Source of the DNA: Microbotryum violaceum
Taxonomy: Eukaryota
Assembly (NCBI GenBank): GCA_001244265.2
Contig: CDLV01000008.1
Span: 930,001-994,000, forward strand
Length of the DNA stretch: 64,000 nt
Direction: 5' to 3'
The notes beneath the pieces are model-generated. The model was not told where the DNA came from, searched no databases, and saw only the letters and a list, made by a program, of their open reading frames with translations. Shown in pieces: positions 27,001 through 39,060 of the stretch. Both the position numbers and the translations under genes were made by a program. Numbering within the stretch: the first letter of the stretch is position 1; every line of letters begins with the position of its first letter.

Positions 27001-27582
27001 GGCACTATGCCGTTCCGCATGATTGATGGTCGACAGGTCATCGAGTCATTAGGCCCGTCAACGACTACATATCGTTCAACCACGGACCTTACCTCATGTT
27101 ACCCGGACGAGCGCCTAATCAGCACGAGCGCACATGCCGAGCAAAGGTTTGCCGCCCTTCGGAGCGTGCCCGGCCTGCGAGATGCCGCCGGCAGAACCTC
27201 TACAAGCCGCACAAATGCCACCGCGGAAACAAGGAGCTCAACTTCAGCAAAAAGGAAGTCTGACAACGAAGCAGCGAGCCAGCCAGAAAAGCAAGGAAGG
27301 CTTGTTTGAAGCGTGGAGCCACGCGCAACACCAGCCGAAGCGACGCGCGCCGCAAGCCACTTTCGATAGGCCGCCGCGCGCCCGCAAACGCTCGGAACGC
27401 GTTTTCGAGGACTTTTGAGCGATTTTTGGAGCATGTAGAACACATTTTGATAATATTTCCGAGGCGCATGCGAAATTTTGACATTTTGGGGCCAAAATAG
27501 GGGAAAAAAACTTTGACAAAAAGGCAAAAAAAGGGCGTTTTTCCGCATGCGCCTCTGGCTGGGCTTTCGGGGGTCCTTGGTA
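21011..27582 (+). mobile_element. 6.57-kb cut-and-paste DNA transposon, P-element-like transposase with Ulp1 domain
   Basis: TIRs TAGCCAGGACCCCGAAAGCCCAGCCGGAGGCGC (21011-21043) and revcomp TACCAAGGACCCCCGAAAGCCCAGCCAGAGGCGC (27549-27582). Perfect 8-bp TSD GCCCATGG (21003-21010, 27583-27590). Subterminal repeats at both ends. Confidence 0.9.
21445..27309 (+). pseudogene. Multi-exon transposon gene: Ulp1/C48 protease, Cys/His clusters, P-like DDE transposase; frameshifted
   Basis: Ulp1 motifs WLGEAAVN, SHW, INSL and QQEDSYSC. Cys/His clusters CGRC..H..C, CPGL and CEEC. Transposase motifs VDDTK, SADGA, DEKHLAKCLRN, DRQDD and TEMVEHFFG. Apparent 1-nt frameshifts near 23519, 25226 and 25498. Confidence 0.8.
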
Positions 27583-28721
27583 GCCCATGGTACGGCGCTA
27601 CCCTCGCGCCCAAGGCTTGGCGAGGTTGCGATGGCCCTCCCTGAGTCCCTGGCGACCTTGGGACCGGGACATAGCAGCGAGGGTTTGTTCTTGAATGAGT
27701 GTCACTAAAATTGGATGAGAGTGAGAGAGAGAAAGGAAAGGTTCGAGGGAGTGGCGCAGGATTATTTACGTGGTTTGATTTGTTGTTCAGCCCCTAATGC
27801 CGGTGGTCGACTGCCGGAATGACACTGACACCGCCGGCGCCCCGCATCACGTGACAAACACTAGCCCTCGCCTCGCGCGTCAGGCAGAGCTCTGCTGTAG
27901 AAGCAATATCATGCAAAGCCACGCGCTTGCGGTTCATTAAGTACCATATGAGTGGAAGCATTGTTTTATGTGAGCGAAAAAAAGAAGGAAAATACTGGGA
28001 GCGCTGTAGCTTCGTTGGAACGGCGCGGAAAATACAAAAGTCACCACAGGGCTTGTACATGACTTCTGATCGGAACCCCGACACCACAGGCAGGTGCGGC
28101 AGACACAACAGTGGTACATCCACCACAAGCGGCCCTCCGGGCCGCAACCTAGTTAAAAACAGCCATTTTAGGTACATTCCTTAACTTTTTTTTTTTTTTT
28201 TTAGTTGATAGACTTCATTAACAGCATAATTCACCCTTTTTTTTATAGAGGTAGTAACACGCGCGACCCTCGCTCGTATTCGGATGACATGAGTCCGTGT
28301 CCAGTACGCGTTCCTTATGAAACCCTTCTGCAAAACTTGTATTTTGGTACTCTGGAAACCATATGGAATGTAGAACCATTACAGCATCAGCTCACTAGCG
28401 GTTGCTATGAATGGGGTAGATGTTAAACATCCCCAAACAGTTGATTAACCGTCTGCAATAGGTTTCATGCGCTCAGAAAACGACAATCTCAACTTCTTCT
28501 CGTGTCCACCGTGGAATCCGTATGATCCAGCACCGCGAAGCTAGCGCGAGTCCGGATCCGTGCGAAATCCCCATCCGAAAGGGCTGGGCGATAGCTGACG
28601 AGGTGTCCTCACCTTAATTCGGCTTCCTCCGCTCCACTCCGTCTCGCCAGCACTAGCCCGTCGTACACCGTCCATGGACGCGAACTAAAGTAGATCGATC
28701 CATTTAGGAACCAGCCACAGG

Positions 28722-31700
28722 ATGGACGGCATCATGACGAGCATCCCTGGTGCCTCCTCCCACGCCTCAGCTTCAGCCTCCACGACGACGACGACGGGCA
28801 GCAGCAGCAGCAGCAGCGGCACGGGTCTCACGACCTCGCACGACCAGGCTAGTTCGAGCGGTGGCACAAAGGCGTCTAAGCCAGTCAGGACACCTCGCGT
28901 TAGCAGAGCATGTCAGTCCACACCTCGTGGGGTAGATTGTGACATTCTTGCCCCGTGACGTTACATGACATCAGGGCATTGACCCTCTTCCGCTCTCCCC
29001 TCCCCCACGTTCGCCGACGCGCCTGATCAAACCCCTCGTCTCCTCTCGACACCGGCAAATCCCCGGGTCGTCGTCACCCAGGCGATGCATGCCGCAAAAA
29101 GAAGTTGCGCTGCGACGGAGTAGCCAACATTGGCGATTCATGCGCGTCCTGCATGCAGAATGGCACCTTGTGCGAGTTTAGTGTCAGTAGACCCGACCCC
29201 TGTCTTTGTCGGAAACCCTATTCGGCCGAACCTTCCTAGGGGCTAACCGACCCCAAGCATGCTTGTGCATCCAGGATCTTCTCGGTCGCAAATCCCTTTC
29301 CAAGGGCCACATCGAGTTGTTGGAACGTCGACTGAAAGCGCTCGAGTCAGTCCCTGGCTCAGCTCGTGCCCACGGACCCTGCCCCCGATTCCTCCATCGA
29401 GCTGACTCTGTCCGCGAATCACACACACCCAGGGGGGTTTTACATCTACTGGAACCGAGCGAGTATTCGAACAGCTTCATCCACCGTGATGCTTCACCTT
29501 CAGCCTCGGGTAGAGCGACCGCCGGTCTGCTGCCATCCGACTCGACGGCAGCCAACGTGGTCGACACCTCAATCGAGGCTATCGCCGATGGGCTGGACGA
29601 TATTTCACTCGATTCGGTCCGTAACTTTGCATCTTGCTGGTTGCCGCAATACAAGGCCAGGGCTGACATTGGCGCGGGGTAATCGACGTTCACAGGATCG
29701 ATACATAGGAAGAGGGAGCGGTTTCCAGCTCGCGCAGTCGATCGAGTACAGTAAGACCCCCATGGTTTCGTCGATGGTCCAATTCGAAGCCAGCTTTGAT
29801 TTCTGACTGTGTCTTGCATCGATCTCTCGCAGTGAGCGCAACGCCGGGTCCCACCTTGATCGGTCAAGCGAATCCGTCCCATGTCGAGGTCCTGCTTCGG
29901 AGAAGTAAGTCTCCGACGGGTCCCCTAGCTGCTCCGGAAACAAGCAAAGCTAATGGACTAGGTCGTTTGGAAACCTTACAGAAGACAAACAGCGCAGCGT
30001 AGTGTACCCTCTGCCTCCGCCAGACCTAGCGCAGCGACTCATCGACGCCTATTTCCTCCACCACAACACCGTCCCCTGTCTGTTGCATCGAGGCTACTTT
30101 GAGCGCAAGATCCTCGACGGCTCTCTTGATACACAACCCTCGTTCAGAAGTCTTTGTGAGTTCGGCCGTCACAAAGATCGGCCAGCTGAGACTTTGATGC
30201 TAAGAATATTGTAGCGTGGAATCTTCCAGACTTCATGGTGTGCGCATTGGGGGCACGGGTTGTCATCGACCCCCGACTACCTGGGGTCACCTCTCCATCC
30301 CACCCGACGGTGCAGCTTATGCTCGCGGTTACGAGTTTTACAAAGCATCCGTAGGATCGGCCCCATCAACACTCGGCAGCGCATCGCTCGAGGATCTGCA
30401 AACCTCTGTCTTGACCTCGATCTGGTACATGGGCTCAACATCCCCCATCTCGGCCTGGGCGTGTGTTGGATTCACGTTGCGGCGAGCGATTGATGTCGGG
30501 TGCCACCGCGAACGCCGGCGTTTGTGGAACGGACGTCCGATGATTGATCAGTTGCGGAAACGAGCCTTTCACGAATTGGTCGGCATCGATCGTCTCGTCA
30601 GCACCGTACTCGGCAGACCACTCGCGATCCACAATGAGAATTTTGACGTCGAGCGACCGATGGATATCAGTGACGCGGATTTGGACCTCTGGGAGGCTAG
30701 TGGGATCCCACCGATTGGGAACGCACGTCCGCAACCTGCTGGCGGAGCACGGTGTTTGATGGGTTTGTATAGCATCATGGATTATGTTAGTTCATTGATC
30801 AATGCGAGTGCACAGGAACCACGGGATCAAAAGGCCGTACAAATGGTTTCGAGGCTGGATTCGATGCTCAACGAATGTGAGTTTCAGTTTCTTGATCACT
30901 CTGAATTGATGTCCCACAGCTGACTGTGGGTCTCTCTTGTTTCTCGCTCAGGGCTCGACACGGTGCCTGATCACTTGCGATGGGATGCCGACCAACCGAA
31001 TGATGAAAGCCTGCTACAGTCCGGCGCAATCTGTAAGTCACTCTGCAGGCTCCTGGTCATCTTCCAACTTCCTAATAATACCTGATATCACTCTCCGGTA
31101 TAGTCTGCTGGTATTACTCATGCCAGATTATCGTCCATCGCGAGTTCATCCCCTCAAAGCGCGCTCAAGCATCCGAGTTTCCGAGTCTGGCGATCGTCGC
31201 GAATGCGGCTCGATCGCTGGCCAATGTCGCTGATGCTCTGAGGCAGAGAGGCTTGCTGGAGAGTGTGTTCTGGTTTGCTCCGTTACAGGTCAGTGTGGGA
31301 CCGCTTCGCACTTGTTGGTCTTCGAATTTTCGCCGAACTGACGCCAATTTGTGTTCTGTAACCACGCGCTGAAACTGCTCATTAGGTCACGAACGCGTAA
31401 GCGCTGATCTTCAGAGAGCTGTTTCGATGTATGTACTGACGTCAAAAGTCGCAACCCTCTCAGCGCCCTCATTCTCTTAATCAACGTCTTTGGCTCCGCT
31501 ACACCGACGCCCCTGACATCGTCGGCCATGCGCGACGTTAACCGAACTATGAATGTTCTCGAAGCTATGAGCGACGGGTCAGTTTGCCTGCAGCGCACCG
31601 CTTCTGGGTAAGGACTGAGACAATAGGCGATCACTCTTCCACAGCTGCTTCTTGTCCCAAAAATGTACCAAGGGGCTCCGGAAGTTGTGCACGCTTGTCA

Positions 31701-32476
31701 TTCGCATGGGATCAAAGGTCGAGAAGGGATCGAGCGGGCTTAAGCGATCGAATCCTTCCGACTTCGATTCCGAGTCGCCGTCTTCGCACCACTCAGGCAC
31801 TCCCTCTCCTATGACGGATGATAACGACGCAGCTTCCCGGCCCAATCCCGCTGGTGGAGCCACACTGCCGAAGAAGAGTCGAGGGGATGTCCCATCTAGA
31901 CCTGTGCTACCCACCAAGACAAGCGAATTGAGTATCCCCACGTTCAACGGCAGAAGAACGTTCGCTGGAACGAAGCCAGCGCCCGCTTCGACATCAAACT
32001 TGGCCTCGATATCTTCCACTGCGACTCCTGCTCCTGCTTCGTCGATGTGGCCAGACGCAGCGATGGTTTTCGATCTCGGCACTCTAGCGGGCTTTGGACT
32101 CCCCGCGCCCAACCAAGCATTCCTCGCTTCCGCGAATCAAAGGCCCGTCTACCAAGCATTGGGAGATGTCGGAGGTAGTCCCAGCATCGGTACAACAACC
32201 GATGCGGTCCCAACTTCCACGATTGGCGTGGACCCCTCCTGGCAGGGGGAGTTCGGATCCGCGCTTCCGAACGTAGAACTCGAATCGCTTGCGCAGGCGC
32301 ATGCTTCGCTTCTCGCTAGCTTTGGGGGGGAGGCCTCGTCGTGGGATACATCATTCCCCGTGTCGTGGAATCTTTCTTCGGCGGGCGAAGCGGATCCGAC
32401 GGTTGGTATGACGTCGACACCGAATTGGTTCACTCAGGCGGGTGAGAATGGGTCATGGCCGCCTTCGTATATGTAG
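28722..32476 (+). CDS. Zn(II)2Cys6 transcription factor with fungal-specific TF middle domain
   Basis: RVSRAC/DACRKKKLRCDG...CASC...C split by an intron. Also LPPPDLAQRLIDAYF, AIDVGCHR and LRKRAF...DR...LGRP. Confidence 0.88.
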
Positions 32477-32647
32477 TAGTAGTATTGATGAGGTGGTAGC
32501 CTTGGATTCGGTCTGGTGTGGTCCATTCAGTCGGTCTTTCATTTTCTTGACTTGGTGGTGGTCGGTTGTGCAGTGCGCAATGCCTAGTGCTTTTATCTGG
32601 AATTGGTTGCAATCCTAATTGAGTATAAGAGCATGTTACAGTCAAGC

Positions 32648-32702
32648 TGTCGAAAGGGTTGTCCAGATGTCGAAAGGGTTGTCCAGATGTCGAAAGGGTT
32701 GT
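32648..32702. repeat. Tandem repeat, 20-nt unit TGTCGAAAGGGTTGTCCAGA, about 2.7 copies
   Basis: Two perfect copies plus a partial third. Confidence 0.9.
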
Positions 32703-33213
32703 GAGGGGAGAACTAGGAATGATGCAGGACCGGAATCCGCCCAATTCGCTCTGGTCACCAATCTCGGATTGAGGTCTATTTTACCGAGACATTCGCCACT
32801 GAGAACCCATCGGTAATCTACTCATGATGACGAAGAAGCTAGCCGTGCTCGGACCGTCGATGATGCTCTATAAATGGCGTTGTGGGGCGCTCAAGGAGAA
32901 GCGTGCACAGCCCCTCTTTTCCAGGCGGGTATTCACATTCCCCGTGACAGCGTCGCCACCCCCATTGTTCTTTCATCCGCGTTCAAACTCCTTCGAGAAA
33001 GGCCAAAGCTCGTCATATTGTTGAGGTTTTAGTTCATTGTTCTTGTGCTTCGCCGTATTCATGGTACTCTGTTCACATCTCCTCGAGTCGAGAAAGGATA
33101 CACGGCATCCCAAGTGACGTCGACGGACATCTGCGCAGCTCTCTCTTCCAAGACCTCCTGCGCTCGCTTGCCATCGCCGAACGAGCTTCGGCAAATACAG
33201 GAAACCAAGGACA

Positions 33214-33978
33214 ATGCACCGAGCTCGGCTGGGATCCCCTCTTCCTCTAGGTCAAGCATGGCGTACCGTCGTTCATCCACAAGGTGAAACAAACCTCGAC
33301 CTCTCCCCCGAACCGATCGCACGACCCGATGTGCGGATCCCCACTTGGACGAGGCGGTCGCTAGTATCGAGCAGTTTCACGGGGTCCAATTTGAGCGCGT
33401 CGTCGTCCACCGATGGGTGGGAAACGCCACCCGTCTCCTGTTCTACGAATTGCTCGACCCCCCTTACGACGCGCCGAAAATTGCGGGGGGTTGAACCCTC
33501 GTTTAGGCTTAGGAACCACCCTCCGCGAGACCTACGACGCCACTGCGGACAGCTACCCCGAATCTCGTTACGCTTTTTACGGCCCCGAATCGACATCGAG
33601 TCTCTGGGGGGATTCACCGAGGACGAAGGATTTCGCGTTGAAGAGACGATCGGGGACGAGGTCTTTGCTTGGATGTGCTCTGACTGTTTTGGGGCGAGTT
33701 GGCTCGCGGTGGTAATGTTTCAGAACGAGTGTCGGGGGAGGGAATTGGTGAGCAGGGAGAAGTTCTCGTCGTTGGTCTTGGTCGAAAAAGGAGCACAAGT
33801 CCTACCCGTTGAGCAGAGTTCAACAACCGGCGTTGCTGGTACCTCCGAAGCCGAGGAAGAAGAGGACGAAGCACCACCCCGCATCCGAGCGGTGTGGAGT
33901 CGATTGGTCGAACAAGATCCCATCATACTCAAATTTCCGGAGGACGACCAAGACGACGCCACCTACGTCCACTTTTAG
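33214..33978 (+). CDS. Hypothetical protein, start uncertain
   Basis: 254-aa open frame. TATAAA at about 32869 upstream. No motif recognised. Confidence 0.4.
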   Translation: MHRARLGSPLPLGQAWRTVVHPQGETNLDLSPEPIARPDVRIPTWTRRSLVSSSFTGSNLSASSSTDGWETPPVSCSTNCSTPLTTRRKLRGVEPSFRLRNHPPRDLRRHCGQLPRISLRFLRPRIDIESLGGFTEDEGFRVEETIGDEVFAWMCSDCFGASWLAVVMFQNECRGRELVSREKFSSLVLVEKGAQVLPVEQSSTTGVAGTSEAEEEEDEAPPRIRAVWSRLVEQDPIILKFPEDDQDDATYVHF

Positions 33979-34364
33979 TAGTTTCGTCCACCAGATTCAC
34001 CGCATCGTTTCCGCACATTGCAACTTTCCCCTTCCGCAATGCCTTTCTAGCATTCTACTAGAGCGTTTGTTTCAACTAGAAAGCCCATTGAAGTCTTAAT
34101 GAGCCTAACTTTTGTTTAGTTGCAAAGCAAATTGAATTCCCCCTCGAGAAGCAACAGATCACGGTGGGAATACAACTTCATCTCGAAATCAGATACACAT
34201 AAACCAAAGAAACACAAAACAAAATCTCGAAAAAGGGCGATTCGGTATCAAGAGGGCGAGAAAAAAAGGGAAAAAAAGGCGAGACTCCTACAAACAAAGA
34301 TTAACCGCTTACTATAACCATCACAGTCATGTTTACACACAAGCCTTCATTCCGTTCCTTTCAT

Positions 34365-37193
34365 TCATTCGGTGTTCGTCCCCCAAGCCCGCATGACATC
34401 ATCCTTGATCTCGACGGTGAGGAAAGGATGTTTGAGCGCGTCCTTGACCTCTATCCGGTGCGCGGGATCCCATTGCAGGAGTTGGCGGAGGAGGTCGATG
34501 AATTCCACTAAAGGGGCTTTGTTGGTGGCCACGTCGTCGTAGGCGTAGGCGCACGCGTCCTTGACCGTTCGCTGTGCATTAGGTCGTGTACGAGACCTTG
34601 GGTTAGCACTTCCCGAACGCACCTCGCAACAGCGCACAAAGACCCACCTCGAGTGACCTCATGCCTTCGACAAATCTCTTGCTCTGTTTCGCCGTTGCAG
34701 CGGTCGGGAAGTTGACTCGGTACGTGCCTCGTGATGCACCGCTGGCCTCGACCAACCAATTAGAGACATCGGGGGCGACCTTGTTCTTCTCCCGCGAGCT
34801 TTGCATGTTCTTCTTCTCTTTACTGTGAGATGGAAAGTCAAGTTCTCATCAGTACCAGAAATCTGCGGAAAGTTGAAGGAGCAACGGGACGCACTTGAGA
34901 GCCGACACAGCCAAAGCCGGTGGCATCTTGCCAAAGACGCGTTCCATCATGGCGAGGTGTTCGAGGTTCTCGTGTGTTTGGAACAGCGCCTCGCCAGTAA
35001 CGAACTCAACCAAAATGCATCCGATGGACCAAACGTCGCAGGGGAATGACCAGTCCAGACCTAAGGACGCACCGTGCGAATCATCAAGTCAGTACCGTCT
35101 CGCAACGAGCTTGAGCACTTGGCTCAAACACCCGTCCACGGACGTACCTAAAATAATCTCGGGTGCACGGTAATGCCGTGTTGAAACAACCGTGGCATGG
35201 TATTCCGTCTGCTTGGTCGCGCTCCCAAAGTCGATTAGCCGGATTTTTGAGTTCTTGAGGATCCGTCTTGTCTTGTGCTTGGGCTGAGAGCGATCATGTC
35301 CTCATGCGAAATCAGTCCAAATTCGGATGCCAGACATTCGATCCGAAAGCAAAGCTCACATTGAAAGGGTTGTCGATGCATTTGGCCGCCCGTTCCTCGA
35401 GCAAGATGTTCTCCGGCTTGAGGTCGGTGTGGATGAAATGCTCCTTGTGCACATCTGCACACACGAACCGAAGTGAGATCAGCCGTCGAATCCGCCAAAG
35501 TCTCAGAAAACCGAACCACAACTCACAGTCTACACTCTTGAGGAGTTGCCGCGCAAAAGACTGCACATGGCTGAAAGGGAACGGCGCGTAGCCGTTATCC
35601 TTGAGAAAGTCGAATACGGACACGGACAACAATTCGGAGACGATGCAGGTATGGTCACGGAAGTCGAACGAGGATAGCATATGAATACATTGGCTGTTGT
35701 GTGGGTAAAGAGATAGAGTCGTCAGCACTGTAATGGCGTAAGACGGGAGAGGCGTTTGGGATACGCACTGTTGGTTGTGCGGATCACTGAACGCTAATCG
35801 CTTGAGCACGTTGATCTCGACTTTGGCAGCTTCTCGATACTTTGGGATCGCTCGACTGTGTAGATCAAATCCAGGTTGATCGTCAGTACGAGCGCCGAAG
35901 AAGATCGCATCGGAAAGACAGATCTACGATACTGACATGACTTTGACGGCGACCATCTCGTTCGTGGCCGAGCTTTTGGCAGCAACGACTTTGCCAAATG
36001 TCCCTTGGCCCAGTGACCGGTCGATCGTGTCTGTGAGGAGAAGGGAAGGACCACGTCAGGAGCGTATCGCGACAGAGCATGTACGTCGCACCGTGCGCCT
36101 CTGTACTCACAAGACACCTGCGTGTGTGCATCGATAATTTTATTCCCCGGTACAATAATGAAATGTCCGTCCTTGTCAGCAGTCGGCTGTACGGGAGTAG
36201 GAAAAAGGTGAGTAAACCAAGCATGGTCTCAAGGCCGGACGACTAGAAACGCACCTCTGTGACTTCATCGAGCTTGCGTTTCCTGGAGACGGAGGAGGAA
36301 AGTGCATTCTTCGATGACGTCGTCGGGGCTCCCGGCGGCGGGGGTTGTTTGTACCGCGGTGCGGCTGCTGTCCTAGATGAGCTCGTCGTCGTTGTTGTTG
36401 TCGTGCCCGAAGCGAGGTTGTGAGGGGGTGCACGGGCGGCATAGTCATGCTGATGGTCGTCGACGTAGGCGCCAAGTTCATTGTTCCGTCGTCGCTTGTT
36501 GGTCGTTCCCGCGCCAACCCCGTTGGCGTTTGGTTTGATGTCGTTCGAGTAGTAAGTGGCGTTCGTAGAGCTGGAACCTAGCCCTTGTGCCGGTGGTGGG
36601 TGGGGGTACAAGTAGGCCGGATTGGAGGAAGAAGGCGCGTGGGAATAGTTCGCGGTGCCATTGCCGTTGCCGTTGTGGCGTGAAGTCGATGGCACGGGTT
36701 CGGGCGTATCCTCGATCGTCAACACCTCGCGTTCTACTCCATCGACGTGGTAGCGGTCGACGCGATACTCGACATGCGTCGAGGCCGAAGTCGTCGGCTG
36801 TGGCGGCGGTCTCCGCGAGTTGATCATCGTCGTCGTCGTCGTCGTCGTGGACGAGTTCGAGCGTTTTGGGGGCAAGGGCGGGGTTGCTACGACCAAGGAC
36901 GAGGTCGATGCCGGCGCCTGTTGGTTGTCGACTAACCAGGCTTCTTCGAAGTCGTCCGAGGGAGCCTTGGACTTGTTGGACGGGTGCTGGTGCTGATTAC
37001 TGCCGGTGAGACTGGTGCGGGTGGTGCTGTTGCCCGTGCCCGTGCTGGTGCTGCTGCTGCCGCTGCCGCTGCCGAGCTGCTGCGCCTGGGAGCGCGTGTA
37101 CGAACAAGGTGTGGTGGCGGAAGGCGTCGAATCGGTCAAAGCGGAAGCTCGCTTGGTCGTGACTCTGGTCGACATGCGCGAAGGCAGCTGCAT
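34365..37193 (-). CDS. LKH1: LAMMER/CLK dual-specificity kinase (Kns1/Lkh1 family)
   Basis: [37 protein letters not shown] and [11 protein letters not shown], spread over many exons. Disordered N-terminus. Confidence 0.92.
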
Positions 37194-37609
37194 GTGCTCA
37201 GTTCAGCGATGCTTGCTTCGAGGTGCTCGCGAGCCCGCCTGGCCTTGTACGACCAGCTTCGATTCCGGGCGTCTCGGGCAGAGTTCGACGACAATACGAT
37301 CGACGCTCCTCAGCCACTCAGCCAAGTTCCCCGCGTGCGTCGTAACGTCAGCACAGGGCCGAGTTCGAGCCGAGGCGCGGAAAAGAGTCAAACAAGCTCG
37401 AACGTGCACGAAAAAAAGGTCGAGTTCGGTGCAAAGGGTCGCTGCAGTGGGTTGGAGGGTCGAAAGCCAAGGGTAAGTTGGCATCGAGCAGCGCCCGCCC
37501 GCCCGCCCGCCCGAAAAGCGCTCAAGCACGCATCGTCATCAGCCGAACGCAGCCGCAGCTCGGCGCAATCCGCCCCGTCGAGTCCCCGAAAGGCGTTGCA
37601 CTAGCAAAT

Positions 37610-39060
37610 CAAAAGTGTTTTGGAGCAACCTCAAAGCTATAGTCTATGGAGAAATCTATACCAAAGCCATCCGGCAAGGTCCCGAGTATTCCTCCTTGCT
37701 CGGCCGCAAATTTCTAGACCAAATCACCCTAAGGGGCTTTCTTCCTCCAACTCTCGATCCCCGACTCCAACAACTTCTTGGTCATCCCATTCTGAACCAA
37801 CACGAAAGTGACCCCGAGTTTGGTCACTTCTCGATTCCGTGACTCGTCTATCAAGCAAAGGGTCCACCAAAGGCAAAATGAGTCAGCGAAACAGAGGAGA
37901 GGCCGGGGGCTTCAAGGAGAGAGGAGCTCCTCTAGAGGTCGTACCGTCGTAAAAGACCTAAACAAGGCATATTGAAAGCTCATGTTAGCCTCTAATTCTT
38001 TTTGAAGCTTGTCGGTAGTCTGGTACCCGACCCGCCATTTCGTTGTAAGGAATACCAGTCTTCTCGTGAATAGCCTTGAAGTGAGCGGTTTTCGACCCTG
38101 CGTAAGGAACGTGCACCGAGGTCAGCAAGTCGTGTTCTACCCGACTCGATATATACGAATACCCATCTGACCTGGATATATCTCTATCGTATCTGCACCG
38201 CCCAAAAAAGCCAGCGGTTCAAAGACCTTAAGCAAAGCGTACAGCCTGACGCCGAGTTTCCCTTCAACACCGACCACCTCGCGCCAAGGCCGGAACGTAC
38301 CGAATAATTTAATCGAACTAATGAGCTGCGATTCACCCGCTTTGGGGGCTCTATAAGCCGGATCATCGACGACCGAGTTGAGCTGGCCCGGGACCAGTAA
38401 CTCGGTGAGGGCTTGTCGAGCTCTGATACGCGATACGGGGTTCGGCGAGGGAGGCGCGGTAAGCGCGCTCCGAGGATCCCGGCAGGAAAGGGAGGCTGCT
38501 ACTCACGCTCTTGGTGCGGACGTTCTTGAAGCAGCGGAAATGTGGATCCTACTCTTGTGTAGTTGCAGTAGGATAGAAGGCACTGTTTCAAGAAAGCGGC
38601 ACCTAGCGTAAGCCCCTGTGAAGTAGTCCCTCAGCAGAAAACCCTGCGCAAAGTGCTCACCTTCGGAATAAAAGCTGATCCGTTCGCCATGCTTATCATA
38701 AATCAAATTACTGTGAGATCCCCGTAAGTGGAACGAGTGAGCGAAGCCTGAAAGGACAAAGCCACACCCCAGCCGACGGATCGACATCGGTCCGAAACCG
38801 AATCCTCCGAGCGCTTGCGCGATATCCGAAAACTCACACGTCCGAAACATTCCTCCTTTTCAAAGGTGGCGTGACGTGTGTATCCACCCAGAACTGCTCG
38901 AGGAAGAAAACGAGGACATCAGCTAGACTTCCTACACCCACATCGCAGCTCTCAAAGCTACTTCTCCCCCTAAAGTTCGGGAGCTGAGCCCAACCTCTGC
39001 ATGGCAGGTGAAGATGCACTCACATCCCACAACGTATAATCCAAATCGAACGCAATCAAT
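37610..39060 (-). pseudogene. Possible decayed gene or TE relic of unknown family
   Basis: Protein-like ORF fragments (38503-38850, 38834-39019) with GTGAGT donors. The downstream piece has in-frame stops (…WRKKAP*GDLV*KFAAEQ…). Confidence 0.25.

Larger units (their letters stand above)
18747..28152 (+). mobile_element. Helitron, internally deleted and interrupted by a nested TIR transposon; strand given by its terminal signals
   Basis: Left A|TCCTTCCCATTACTAG (18746/18747). Right: perfect 7-bp hairpin GCGGCCC-TCC-GGGCCGC (28129-28145), then AAC CTAG|T (28149-28153). RepHel remnants lie between. The 5' end is less certain than the 3' end. Confidence 0.65.

Noticed and set aside
21011-27582. 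Classification as hAT or Zisupton/KDZ because of the 8-bp TSD and Ulp1 domain
   Set aside because: No hAT CxxH/RW or dimerisation motif and no KDZ CxH..GE..YD motif seen. DxxHxxKxxRN and EHFFG fit P-like better. Not formally excluded without profile searches.
32648-32702. CRISPR-like array here or at 1812-1899
   Set aside because: Head-to-tail repeats without spacers in eukaryotic DNA.
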